DNA of 64,000 nt from Callorhinchus milii (taxonomy: Eukaryota): positions 38,690,001 to 38,754,000 of the forward strand of contig NW_024704743.1 of the NCBI RefSeq assembly GCF_018977255.1. The letters run 5' to 3'. A model generated the notes under the pieces. The model ran no database searches. It saw only the letters and a program-made list of their open reading frames with translations, and was not told the origin of the DNA. This document shows positions 1-12,045 of the stretch, in pieces (position 1 is the first letter of the stretch; each line of letters begins with the position of its first letter). Made by a program: the position numbers and the translations under genes.

Positions 1-356
1 GAGAGGCTGAAAGCCCGGCCACCGATGATAGGGCGGGTCGGGTGGGAGACATGGAGCAGGCTGGAGCCCGATGAACGGAGGGAGCGGGCAGGTTGGTAGG
101 GAGTCAGCAGGTCAGAGCGTAGGAGGGGGCAAGGCCATGGATGGTCTTAAAGGTGAGGACGAGGATCTTGAACTCCATCCTCTGGGGGATGGGGAGCCAG
201 TGGGCGAGTCGGGTGAGGGTGGGAGTGATGGGGTCACGGAGCCTGGTCCATGAGAGTACATGAGCTGCAGAGTTTTGGATGATCTGCAGCTTGTGAAGGG
301 AAGAATTGGGAAGGCCGATGAGGAGGGAGTTCCTGTAATCAAGCCTTGAGGTGACA
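1..356 (-). mobile_element. L2-clade LINE ORF2 3' fragment, runs off the window start
   Basis: ORF 104..367 reads VTSRLDYRNSLLIGLPNSSLHKLQIIQNSAA...[15 protein letters not shown], matching the C-terminal part of the 46035..47432 frame. Confidence 0.9.
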
Positions 357-575
357 TAGCTTGCCATTCATATCACTATCTGGCAAGCTTGTCCAGCTAG
401 GACCACCCTAACCATTAGGGCTTTGGTTTGCAGGATTAATAGGCGTTGAGTGGGATGACTCCCTGCCCCCATTGACTGGTCTACCCCTCTAGGTCCTGCT
501 GATGAGCCAGGCCGGCTGTGCTGTCATCAGCAGTGCCCTAGATTACTGTGGACTTGCCTGGCGGCATGACACCTT
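356..575. repeat. Unclassified interspersed repeat, copy 1 (partial)
   Basis: atagcttgccatt...ctggcaagctt...gctgtcatcagcagtgcc aligns directly with 41183-41400 and in reverse with 34700-34950. Confidence 0.75.
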
Positions 576-680
576 GGAGCCAGTTCAGCTTCAAGGAGAC
601 CCCGCTTCTCTCCACCACCCCTCACGCCTCCCCGCCCGAAGTAGGATGAAAAAATAATGTATTTCACAACAGAATGACTT

Positions 681-1045
681 GTTAGTTAGCTCAGTGAGAA
701 GCACTCTTGTCTCTGGGTCAGAAGGCTGTGGGTTCAATCCCCACAGTTGGCACTTTGAGCTCACAGACTAGACTACACTCAATGTTGAGGAGTGCTACTT
801 CGTCCAAGTTCCTGTCTGCCTCTTTAAGTGGATATTAAAGAACCCATAGCAATATTAGAAAAGAGAAGCGAATTTCACAGATGCTACAGATAAAATAGGT
901 CACTCACTTCTTGGCTGTTTGTGGGACAATGATGAGTGCAAATTGGCTGCAGATGACCACCTACAAATATAGTCACAATACTTAACAATAATTTACTATA
1001 AATGCGGAGATGTTTTGATGCTATAGGTGCTGTATCAAATTACAA
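681..1045 (+). mobile_element. tRNA-derived Deu-domain SINE, family B (SacSINE1/AmnSINE1-like), diverged
   Basis: A-box-like tagctcagtgag, B-box ggttcaatccc, Deu-type core ggctgtttgtgggac...aattggctgc. Confidence 0.8.
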
Positions 1046-1383
1046 TGTGAAAAGATTGTGTTGTTATAACTTCTGGATTGCATAACTTCATACTCAGTTT
1101 CCTGTTCATAAATGTGTTTTTTTTTAAAAAAGAAACTAGGTTTCAACTGTTTCCAATAAGGGGTATTATGAGGACAAGGGCAGTTTAGCCCCACTCAGCC
1201 CCACTGTTTATCATCTCTATTGAAGAGACTGGCTGCTATCTTATATCTTTCTTCAACATGAATGAAATTCAGGAAGGGCATTGGGGTTCTGCAACAGATT
1301 GTACTTTAAAGTTCTGGGGTCTGATCAAGAGATCAATCCCAAACTGTGTGTGCCAGACCTTACTCTGGGCTCCATACCTAGAA

Positions 1384-1557
1384 TGATAATAATCCTTGCA
1401 TTTGATATAACACTTTATCACGTCATTGAGACATCTCAAAGCCTTTCACAGATACACAGTAAAGTGAATTTTGTGGGCAAAACGCAGCAGCCAATTTAGC
1501 ACAGCAATGTCCCACAAGCAGTCGTGGATTGAGTGGCCAAATTATTATTATTTTTTG
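1384..1557 (-). mobile_element. SINE family A, 3' part
   Basis: Reverse complement of the tail atatcaaatgcaaggattatt plus the ctgcttgtgggacattgctgtg core. Confidence 0.8.
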
Positions 1558-2104
1558 CGTGTGTGGTGAACAACAGGTGCGGACAAGATCGGACTGGATT
1601 GTGATGCCTCCCAATGTCACAACGCAAGTTCATACATGCAGAATAATACACTCTAGAGACCAGAGGGCAGCCCTTGCTTGAATGGCATTATCAGCACAAG
1701 AGATTGCAATCGCTTTATCTGGCTTGGACATCAAAAGAGCATCCCTGTGGATGTCGATGTGGGGCATATTACCTTGGAGAAAATCAGCCTGGAAAATCTG
1801 GAATTCCAAAGCTCAGGGAGAAAGGAACTTTACAAAAAAAGTAGGAATGGGGATGGGGAGGGGAATCTTGTGGAAAACTCCAATGTATTTTCCGTTTCAC
1901 ATTTGAACATGTAGTTTCTATTCTGCTTTGTAAAGAACCAGGTAGTGAGGATTGATGGTGTGGTAAGCAGCAGAGATTAGTGTGACCTCTCTAGTTAGAA
2001 TGAGAACTTCATTAAAAACACTTATTTTATTCTCTTCAGCTACTCTCTGTTTTTCTTCTGGTGTTAAGTCTAAAACGCTTGCAATTTTTTTTTACCATGC
2101 CTTA

Positions 2105-2418
2105 ATTCTGTCCTTTGGATGAGATGTTAACTCAAGGTCCAGTCTGTCTGTTCAGGTGGATGTTAAGGATCCTAAGGCACGATTCGAAAAGAGGAGGGAG
2201 TTTCTCCTGGTGTCCTGGCTAACAATTCTCCAGATTAAAAAAAAAATTCATGGCTGTTTGTGGGATATTGCTGTGTGCAAATTGGCTGCCATGTTCATGT
2301 ACAGAATAGCAACAATTTGCGCACATCAAATACACATTCACTACATTTTAAAGAAAAAAACTGTGAAGTGCTTTGAAATGTTTCTACACAATGAGGTGCT
2401 ATATCAAATGCAAGATTA
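2105..2418 (+). mobile_element. SINE family B, 5'-truncated
   Basis: ggatgagatgttaa...ctgttcaggtggatgttaaggatcc...ggctgtttgtggga...atatcaaatgcaag. Confidence 0.85.
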
Positions 2419-2723
2419 GATTTAATGATTAGAATTTTTTTAAATTAATTTACAAACTACTAGTAAACATTCCATGCTGGCATCTCAGCTTATCCTATTT
2501 ACCTGTTGTACAGTAGCATAATTCCACTTTGTTGCACACTTATTTTATAACAGGTGGATTTTTCTGCAAAGTTCAGTATAATTTTGCAAAAAAGGATTGT
2601 TTGTGTAGAAAGAAGCACAAATGGTACAGAACGATAAGACTTTATTACCACTAACTTAATTAGTTAGTAGAGTTAGTAGAGAAGTTGCCACATAGACTAG
2701 GCAAGGCTAACCTGTGCTGATAT

Positions 2724-2875
2724 TACCTGAGATTCCACCTTGCTTACTCTGTGAGCCCATTTTCTCCTAAATTGAAGATTGAACCAAATTCTTAAATTTA
2801 ATCTGGAAGCTGCTTTTTTTTCAAGAACTGCAGAAAACTGGAAGTCTGCAGAATCTTAAATTGTTGGAATTTGAA
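2724..2875. mobile_element. AT-rich MITE-like remnant related to 51191-51415
   Basis: Shares aattcttaaatt and aagaactgcagaaaa motifs, and cctgagattcca / tggaattt ends, with the 51.2-kb element. Confidence 0.45.
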
Positions 2876-3544
2876 ATGTCAGATCATAGTGTGGCCAGCA
2901 GTCCCACAGTACAAAAACTTATTAGTAAGCTCGACACAAATCTGATAACATCCTAACTTGATAACAGCCATTAATCGGCAGAAAGAATCATTTCACTAAA
3001 TGTTTACTGAGCGCGACTGAAACCTTTATTTGTAAATGTGTTTCATCCAACCCCAGAGTACGTTTGTTTCCAAACAGTTGATTTGACCTGCTAGAAGTGA
3101 TGTTGCAAGCCAGCGTCCATTGCCTTGAGCATCTCACGCCTTAAATTAACTCAGTATAATTCCTTTGTAACATTCAATTAACTAAAAGCTCATGCCACTG
3201 AAGCGTTGAGTTAAACTGGGGAACTTACTGCACAGATCTCATAGTAATTTTTGCTATATGGGGTAATTAAAAGTAATTTAATGTAATTAAATAAAGCAAG
3301 GGGAATGTGCTTCAAGGTGGCAACAGATCTCTGGATTTATGATATTTGTTGCAAAAGGAAAATTATTTGCACTGAGTAAGATAAATTTATTTTACAACTC
3401 AAGTCAACTTAAGTTTCATTTCAGTAACCTTTGAACATATTCTGTGCGAACGGTATTCAATTTCTTTTATTGCTCTAGGTAAATTTTCTTATACTGGATG
3501 TATATTGTTCACATCTTCAGCAGATGCATACACAAAAAGGGTGG

Positions 3545-3700
3545 GATGAACAGGCAGTTTAGATTTAATTGTTTTAAGCAAGGAGTAGTGATTATGAGGA
3601 ACAGACTACCCTTGGAAGCAGATTGTGTCAACAAGTTTAAGAGGGAATTAAATAACGATTTGGCAAAGAATTCATTTGAGGTTTATAAGGGACATAGGAC
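3545..3700 (+). mobile_element. CR1-clade LINE ORF2 C-terminal remnant
   Basis: Translates FKQGVVIMRNRLP..EADCVNKFKRELN, matching the CR1 F.QRVV..WN.LP...FKRELD motif. Confidence 0.6.
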
Positions 3701-4009
3701 TATTTATTATTTGCTCAATTTTATTTTATTTACTTTGGGCCTGTCGCCTTTCCCAGGAGTACATTTCCATGTGCTTAATAGGAGAAAGCTGGCAGATGAT
3801 AATATAAAATATATACTTCAGTAGTGGGGAAAAATACTCTGTTTTTTACAATACAAACTTTATTGTACGTTAAAAATCTGAAAATAATTGAATACACATG
3901 TTTTGTTTGCTTAATGCTGAGACCTGAAGTTTGTGTTTTCTTTGTGTGTGTTTTTTGATGAGACAAGGCCACCCCCAGAACTGCTGCTCATCTGCATCTT
4001 GACCTAACA

Positions 4010-4385
4010 TCTACATAGATTTACATTGATTTACATTAATTATTGATTTACATTGATTATATAGACACTCGGCCCTCCTAGTCTGTGCCGGAGTTTATAT
4101 GCCACATGAGTCTCCACCCATTACTTGCTGCCTCTATTCGCTATTCGCTTTGAAGCGCTCTGAGACGCTATCCTGTGTGAAGGGTGCAATATAAATGCAA
4201 GTTGGTGTTGTTGTATTCCCTTCTCCCTCATGTATATATCCAGCTCCCTCTTAAATACATCTCCACTATCTGATTCAACTACTGCTTCAGGCAGCAAGTT
4301 CCACATTCTTGTTACCCTCTGTGTTAGGTAGTTCCTCCTAAATTAGCTCTTAGGTCCCTAGTCACTATCTTTTCATTTGCATCTT
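4010..4385 (-). mobile_element. CR1 3' end with a short-repeat tail; an L2 3' tail is inserted on the + strand at about 4135-4213
   Basis: ORF 4121..4306 reads MWNLLPEAVVESDSGDVFKRELDIYMREKGI; ttgatttaca repeats at 4015-4060; the insert reads agcgctctgagacg...ataaatgcaagttggtgttgttg. Confidence 0.75.
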
Positions 4386-4414
4386 CTTAACATAAATCCC
4401 TTCTTATCTCATGT

Positions 4415-5065
4415 CGACACACTCACCTGCAGGGCACCCCGTAGGCTCCATTCTTGATTCTCTCCTATTTCTTGGCTATAAGCTTCCCCTTGAGGACATT
4501 ATTATCAATACTGCTGAATAATAATAATCTTTGTGTTTGATATTTTGTTGTTGTGGATAAAGCATCTTATCACATTGTCAAAATGTCTCAAAGCTCTTCA
4601 CAGACTTTTACTGTCTACATACCCAAATCCCCTTTTGTATGTCTTTGTCACCAACAGGACATATTTTTCTAACATGCTTCGCTAGTTCCACCATCCAGAG
4701 ACTCCAACTCATCCAAAACACTGCAGTCAGCCTGTGTTCTCCTGCACATTAGGTTTCACATATTCATTACTCCTATCTTTGTAAATCTCCACTGCCTACC
4801 AGTACTCCAATGGATTCACTTTAAGATCATTTGCTTTATCTCCAAATCCATACAGAGTCTCGTCGCTGCCTGTTTATATAATCTCTTCCTTCTCTATTCT
4901 CCTGCTCATACTCTTCTTTCTAATTTAGGTCTAATGCTTACTTCTCACTACTTTCGCCTTTGCCTTCAGCCTCTATCCACAGGAATTCTCGAACAAAATC
5001 TCTTTGCCTTGCTTTGTCTCAACCTACATTCAAAATTTTCTTTTTAAAAAAAATGGTACATTCAA
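4415..5065 (+). mobile_element. Old L2 fragments, interrupted by a SINE tail (about 4518-4615, minus strand)
   Basis: Degenerate GVPQGSILGPLLF-like DNA at 4425-4505 and LQLIQNTA / LHCLPV-like DNA at 4700-4830. Confidence 0.6.
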
Positions 5066-5090
5066 TAAATCCCCCTATCTTTGCTTAGTG

Positions 5091-5127
<37 letters not shown>
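5091..5127. repeat. (ATT)12 microsatellite
   Basis: Read directly from the sequence. Confidence 0.95.
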
Positions 5128-5129
<2 letters not shown>

Positions 5130-5136
5130 CCTCCTC

Positions 5137-5281
5137 TTCAACCATGCCATCGGTCACTCCCCTTCCCCTCTTCCCCTTTGACCCCAGCTCGGGTCTGAAA
5201 TGCCTGTACACTGTCCAGTGCCTTGGGACGTCCTCCCGACGTGAAAGGCACTATACAAATGTAATCTTGTTGTTGTTGTTG
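5137..5281 (+). mobile_element. L2 3' UTR and tail fragment
   Basis: Stem-loop gccttgggacgtcctcccgacgtgaaaggc followed by (TTG)n. Confidence 0.85.
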
Positions 5282-5317
5282 TATATCTGTAAAGTAATTT
5301 TTAGACATGCTGCCTTT

Positions 5318-6186
5318 TTGTGTTTGTCTGGCGGATATCAGGGCCTTGATTAGTGCAAATTTCCTGCAGCTGAACGTGGACAAAATGGAAGCCTTACTTC
5401 TTTGCTCCTGTCAATGCCTTCCCTCCTGCGGATCTGAACTCCTCAATCTCCCAAGGCTCTCCCTCAGACTCACCGAACCAGTGCGCAATCTAGGCATCTG
5501 GTTCAATCAACATCTGTCCTTCCTCCCCCACATCGATCCATGACCAGAACCGCCTTCTTCCACCTTCGCCACATTGCCAGCTCTGACCGTACTTTCCCTC
5601 AATGGAGCCGAAACCCTCATGTATGTGTTTGTCACCTCCCGCCTGGATTACTCAAACACACTCCTCCCCGGTCTCCCCAGCTCCACTATTCACAAGATCC
5701 AGCTCACTCAGAACTCTGCCGCCCGCATACTGACCTGAACCAAACTCTGTACCCACATCTCACCAGTTCTGGTCAGGCTCCACTGGCTCCCCAACATCGA
5801 ACGGATCAACTTCAAGATCCTCACACTCGTGTTCAAATCCCTTCAATCTCTGGCACCTCCCTACCTCTCCGACCTCCTCACTCCTCAAACCACCACCCGT
5901 CACCTCCGCTCGACTGGCACCAGCCTCCTGCTCGTCCCTTGCACCCACCGCCCCACCATCAGAGGTCGCTCATTCAGCTACTATGCCCCGAAACTCTGGA
6001 ACACTCTCAATTCCTTCCACCTTTCCCCCTCTCTCCCCTTTTTCAAGTCCAGCCTGCAAACCTTCCTCTTCAACTGTGCTTATGGCCACCTCCCCACCCA
6101 CCCCCACCGACTCAGAGTCAGGCTCCGCCACTGTTAAGCGCTCTGAGACGCTGCCCTGCCTATATAGGGGCGAGTTGTTGTTGTTG
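5318..6186 (+). mobile_element. L2 LINE, 5'-truncated, older subfamily
   Basis: NFLQLNVDKMEALL, PVRNLGIWF and APPYLSDLL...FSYYAPKLWNTL across frameshifts; (TTG)n tail. Confidence 0.9.
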
Positions 6187-6369
6187 TGAGGATTGTCTGG
6201 CTCCCTTTCCTTGCTGCCTGTTTTCAGGATTTCTAACTTATTGTTAGGATGGAAGCTCTGTTGAGAACTAGATTGTATCTCTATGATGTTGCATCTGTTT
6301 GAATGGGGAATTGTGGGGAATGTGGAGGTAGCTTGAGTGAGATAGCTGTACTGCAGGAAGTGATGTTTC

Positions 6370-6645
6370 TAATAATGCTTACATTTAATATAGCGCCTTT
6401 TACACCCAGAAGACAACTCAAAGCTCTTTACAGCATTTACTCTAATGTGTACTGACTGTTACTCTGATGTGTACAGATTGTGCCGTGAGATCTTTATTGT
6501 CCACCTGAACAGGCAGATGGGACCTTAGTTTAACACTTCATTTGACGTTCGGCACCTCCAACAATGCATTGCACCCCAGCACTGTATTAGATTGTAAGAC
6601 TGGTCTTTATGGGTTCCAATGTTGAACTCACAGTCTTCTGGCTCC
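6370..6645 (-). mobile_element. SINE family B fragment
   Basis: Reverse complement of the ctgcctgttcaggtggac core and of the SINE tail. Confidence 0.7.
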
Positions 6646-6914
6646 TTATGAATTTCAAAATAAAAATGGAATGTTTAAACTGTGGTAAGTATCGCTCCTT
6701 CCTACCTTGTTTTTATTGAGCATGCATGAAATACCACCTAGCGCCAATCAATCGGTTGGAGACCCCTGATTTACACAGAAAGAAAATATTCAGAAAGCAT
6801 ATAGAATCATAGATTAAACACAAACTAACCTATAACTTGATCAGTTAATACCCTTGTGAACTGTGTATCCTGGACATGTATGAGCATTCTCCATAGCCAC
6901 AATATTTTTCATAG

Positions 6915-7110
6915 TTTTAGCCTTAACTTAACTTAAAACTTGACTTAAAAATTGACTTAAAATTTAAGATTATCTAGAAATTTAGAAAATTCTTAAATTT
7001 AGTTTTCATTTGGATTTCTCAACTAAAAGATCACAACAAAATGGCTTCTTAATTTAATAATTCTACCCAATCTTAAATTTAAGGCTTAAGATCATGAGAA
7101 ATTTCAGTCT
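6915..7110. repeat. AT-rich cttaaa(tt)-motif repeat, probable MITE remnant
   Basis: Repeated cttaa / ttcttaaattt motifs like those at 2.8 and 51.3 kb. Confidence 0.4.
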
Positions 7111-7459
7111 CCTGTCAAATGTTTGTCCTCCATTGGAATTGTTTGTTCAGCAAGTTTGGCTCATACGAAAACCCATCAACATGCTTAAGAATATCCAAAC
7201 TACGGTTCCATGAATACAATTTAGACACGGACGGTCTATCATCAGCAGTGCACTGCAGTTCTGTGAACACGCCTAGCTCAGCAACCACACCACTGAGACT
7301 GCCACAGAGGATTGACTTGATTCTGACATTTTATTGCCAAGCATGTCATCTTGAAGTCAGCTGAGCTCCAAGGAGATTACGTTTACCTTCCCCCAGGAAG
7401 TATTGTCACTCTAGTGCATCTGGATTGATAGAAAAGGGAATCACCTTTAAGATTACACG

Positions 7460-7710
7460 TTGAAGCAATGTCCTGTCTACCTGTTCAGGTGGACGTGAAA
7501 GGTCTCATGACATCTTTCACAAAGCAGAAATGAGATTTTCATGGTGTCCCGGACAACAATCCTTTCAGATAAATTGGTCTTTCACTTCATAATGATTTGT
7601 GGGACAAATTGCCTGCCTTGTTTGCTTGCACTTACATAGTTACAACATTTGACAACAATTATATGTAAAATGATTGGAGACTTTTCAACATTAATAGGTG
7701 CTGTGGAAAA
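7460..7710 (+). mobile_element. SINE family B fragment
   Basis: gtcctgtctacctgttcaggtggacgtgaaagg...aaattggtc...tttgtgggac. Confidence 0.7.
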
Positions 7711-7777
7711 GATGTATGGTTTATTTATGGCTACTTTGATGGAGCAGTTTAAAGTGATAATAATAAAATATATAATA

Positions 7778-8128
7778 TAATAATATAATAATCCTTGCAT
7801 TTGATCGCATCTTCAAGACGTTTCAAAGTGCTTCACAGAATATACTGTAAGGTGAATTGACTGTATATTTTGTGGGCAAAACGTGGCAGCCAATTGCGCA
7901 CAGTCGTGGATTGAGTGAACAATTTATTAACATTATTATTGTTTTTGAAGGAATTATTATCCCCGGAAAAGTTATCTGCCATCAACTAACGACCAGGTTC
8001 CTACTTACTTCTAGGTAAACAGAGGCGTGTGGAGTAAGGAAACTTGCCTAAGGTTGCCTGCTGGGAATCAAACCCAGGTCTCTCACTTGCGAGGCAAGCG
8101 CTCTAACCACTATGCTACAGGACTTCAC
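7778..8128 (-). mobile_element. SINE family A (tRNA-Ala-like head), long form
   Basis: Head gtgaagtcctgtagcatagtggttagagc on the minus strand, internal segment of about 65 bp, (ATT)-type tail. Confidence 0.9.
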
Positions 8129-8919
8129 TGACTCCACTAACCACTGATAAAGCTCCATGCTCTGTGGTATCAAATCTCACTGCTGTCTAATTGTCATTGC
8201 TCAGAGATTGCGTGCATTATTTATTATGTACAAATGGAAGGCAGAGCAGGCTCAATGGACTGAATGCCCTACATGTATTCCTGCTTGAGACAAGATAGGG
8301 AAATGGGATTGGAGAAAGATAGATTGGCCAATCATTGCCGCATTCACCTATGTCAATTGCTACAATGCAAACAAAACTCGTTCTGTAAAGTATTTTGAGA
8401 TGTTTTAAGATACAGTATCAAATTCATTTCTTTATTTGATGAGATGTCAGAGAAGCCAAGACAGGCCAGTTTAAATCCCTGAATGCTTTCAAATATCCAG
8501 TTTAAAGTGTTAAAATGCAACATGGGAATATGTTTCCATTTATTTCAGCACATCCAGAGTCTTGGCTGAGATTGAGTAAAGTTATTGTGGATCTCTAACC
8601 TGCCAGAGTTCTCTTAGCCCTGATTACCAGCTGCTTTTTTGTGTCTCTGGTTGCCATCATGAATCATTCTATTTACACGCTATGTCGATCAGTTTTCTAG
8701 AGAAACTTCCTTCTGAAAACAACAGACTTTAGCTCCGTACTTGTGGCGGTTTGGGAGGGTTTAGGTACGCCTCTGTTCCCCTCAAACCTCAGGGCACGAA
8801 ACCATGGCTTACTTGGTTTATTGGTTAATCTGACCCTGCCTAGCATTGGAGTGAGATCACAACCTGAAGATTCTACTCAGTGATCTCTACCTGGTGTTAT
8901 AGGCAGTGAATCCAACATT

Positions 8920-9014
8920 GCTTTGCTCATTGCGGCAGGATAGGCCTGATGGGCCGATTGCCCTCTTTCTGTGTTGCATTCTACCATTCTACCATTTCTA
9001 CCATTCTACTCTAC
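8920..9014 (+). mobile_element. CR1 3' terminus with (ATTCTACC)n tail
   Basis: gatgggccgattgccctctttctgtgttg followed by ttctacca repeats. Confidence 0.65.
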
Positions 9015-10708
9015 TGGCTCCACTGTTGTTGAACAGCTGAGTGATTATGAACAAAAAGCAAGATGACAGTTTGGGAGTAATTCTACCAGCCAGCCATTGA
9101 CTAACCGGCTGCTCTTCTTTGCCAGGAAGATGTTATCATCATTGTTAATGTTGGATGGAAGCAATTTCTCCTGGCAATGGCCATTGTCATCAGACACAAT
9201 CAGCTGAAAATTGGACTGCGCTCTTAGATAGTTTGCAGGAAATCCCAAACTGCAACCCATTCCAGATTCTGAAGTGACATTCACTTGAAGGACAGGTGCA
9301 GGTGTTTAAGTAAAGCCCACTGCTGACTTATGTCATTGAGCTTCCATCACGGATCTGCAGGATACAGCAAATGCACTAGCTTATTTCTTTGTGGATTTCA
9401 TTTTTCTTTCTGCTTCTCTGCTACATAATGTTGTTCCATTGTCTTAAGTTCCTACTAGCACCACACACTGAGGGTGGATGCTTTTCCAAAAAGCATTGGG
9501 TCTGTTCTGTTGACACTGTAGTTACGTGATCCAGCTGGAGCCCGCTGACACTGTGACTTGAGTGTCTGTGAAACTGCTGTACACACTGCAGGTGAACAGG
9601 GCCCTTTTATTTCAGTGGAAGCGTGTAATTTCTATGACATCACCCGTAATGGCATCACCAGATGTGCATATTGCTTATTTGGAGCTGACAAGGGAAGCAA
9701 TGAGGATTGAATTAGTGTAACTTAATCCACGATGGCAGACAAAGAGACAAGTTTGCAGAAAAGCATACACTGCAGATAAACCACAATCATTACCAGTTAG
9801 CAGCTTTATGGGGAAATCTGTCCCATAGAAGGTTGTGCAGCAAGAACAGCCAAAGCCAAGGAATGCTCTCTGGAGCCTGAGGGGAAAACTAATTACAAAC
9901 TGAACTCTGCAAACAGTCGCTAATTTAAACCCAATGCCTAGGCTTGGTAATGGAAAAAGGAATGGCTGGATGGTAAGGCAGAAGTATGTTTTCTACGCGG
10001 GGCTGAATGTGGTCATAAGAATGTGGTCACAAGCATGATTCTGGGTCTGACACTGCATTATGAGAAGCCCTCCACTGTTGCAGGGCCAGTTGCAAAATTA
10101 GTCACAAAGGATTTGTAAATGTAAAGGAAATTAAAACAGCTGCTGAAAAGTACAGCACGGTTTTATTGTTTGAGCTGTTACAAAAGAAATGGCTAACAAA
10201 CAGATGTATCACTGCAAATTTTGTGTGTGTGTTATGAGGTTTGACAGAAAGCGTTTTTCTCTCTCCTCACCAGTGATCGAATCCAGCACTGCCCAAGTAG
10301 TCATACATGGCTCAGGATGCATTTCTGGGTTTGTTCTAAATCTCCTTCTCCCCTCATCCGCCTCTGCCTCAAGCCAATTGTCTACAATCACAAACTTTTC
10401 ATTGTTTTTTTTCCAGAAAATGCTCACACAGACTTTGCTGCAGAACTAAACTAAATAATTGTGGTTGTTTTACATTAAGTACTAGTGATTTTCAAGCCAG
10501 TTGTCACAACACAGTATTGAGTTGCTTAGAGTAGCACAGCATACATGAAGTAACACCATCTGTGGTCCCTGCACGTAGCATGCATGTAATAGGCAGTAAA
10601 TGATGGCATTGGCAACCTGACAACCCGGAAGTTGGCCATTTTACCATATTTGTTTAACAGAGGGGGTCTGATTTTATAGATCCAGCCTACCGGATTATGA
10701 AGGGATAA

Positions 10709-11054
10709 ATAATAACCATATTTACATTTGATATGGCATCTTCAATGTGGAGGACGTCTCAAAGCACTTCACATGATGCATTCCTGGGTGTAGTGACTTT
10801 GTCCTTTTAAAAGCAAATATGGTAGCTAATTTGAACCAAACAATGTTTCACTAGCAGCCAGATGATGAAGTGAATAATCAGGCAAACAGGACCTGGGTTT
10901 AACTTCTCATCCTTTCAACAAAGCAGCTTCTCTCCCGTACGCACTGTTTTGGAATGTCATCTTAGATTGTGAGCTTAAAGACCTGATGCGAAGCTTGAAC
11001 CCACAACCTTCTGGCTGAGAAGTAAGAGTGCTACTGAGTGAGCCAGATTGACAT
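10709..11054 (-). mobile_element. SINE family B
   Basis: Minus-strand head ctggctcactcagtagcactc...gggttcaagc and SINE tail. Confidence 0.8.
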
Positions 11055-11789
11055 CGTTGATACAAAATTGCCCAGTCGCAATGAAAATAGCACTTTGCAT
11101 GGAACCGGGATCACAAAAGCAAGACATAACTGGCTGTTACTTGTTCAACAATAAAGTAAAACGTCTGTGAATGATTGGAGGTGTTTCCCAGCGATATCTC
11201 TGTGTGATTTAATTCTTTACAAGTTTATTGAACTTGTTGTAACTCATAAAATATACACAATGTCAATAGCCTGTTTCTCCGTGGCCCATGAGAGGCCTTA
11301 TACTAAAAAATACCAATCATCTGTTATTTGTGGTGGGATTACACATTACGAACAGAAATGAAAAATTGCTATTGTCAGACCTCTCCGTGAATGCACAACA
11401 TCTTTATATGTAAGAATGTTAGGGTACATCTGGTGACAATCTTAACATTTGGTTTTGTGCTTGTGAAGAGACCAATATTGCAAAGGTCAGAATATTTATG
11501 AATGTAAAGTTATTTCTATTGTGATTGTTCTTGGATGCGCTACAACTTTTTGGAAAGACATGGAATTCATTTTTGTTCTTTTTCACTATCTCCTGAACTT
11601 GTATAGCTGACGCAAGATCTAAATTTACAGCAAATTCTAACAGGAATCTTTAATAATAATGCCATGTCACAAACAATGACTCCATCAAATAACTAGAAGT
11701 ACGTCAAACTGACCCATGGGAAATCTGCTCTGGAAGTAGATCCTGCAAAAGAGTAGAGTTACCATGAGTCAGAATAACGCACTTAAAAT

Positions 11790-12045
11790 GAACCATAAAA
11801 ATTTAAAGCACAGAAGGCCATTTGGCCCATCATGTCTGTGCTGGCTTTTTGAAGAGCAATCCTTTCAGTCCATTTATTCGCCCTTTCCCAATACCCTTTT
11901 AGTTGAATCTGTTTTATCTTATCCCTTTTGAAAGCTAAAATGAATTCTGAGGTCATTCCATGCCCTAACTTTCTGTGGATGAAACAACCTCCCCATTTGG
12001 TAACTATCTTAAATTGATGCCCACTGGTTACTCTTGTGTACCTGT
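11790..12045 (-). mobile_element. CR1 3' fragment
   Basis: agcacagaaggccatttggcccatcatgtctgtgctggct is the reverse complement of the CR1 3' UTR; similar to 31.3 kb. Confidence 0.65.

Noticed and set aside
499..530. CTGATGA followed by a GC hairpin, as a possible hammerhead
   Set aside because: No GAAA follows the stem, and the homologous copy at about 41.33 kb reads gcagatga, so the core is not conserved.
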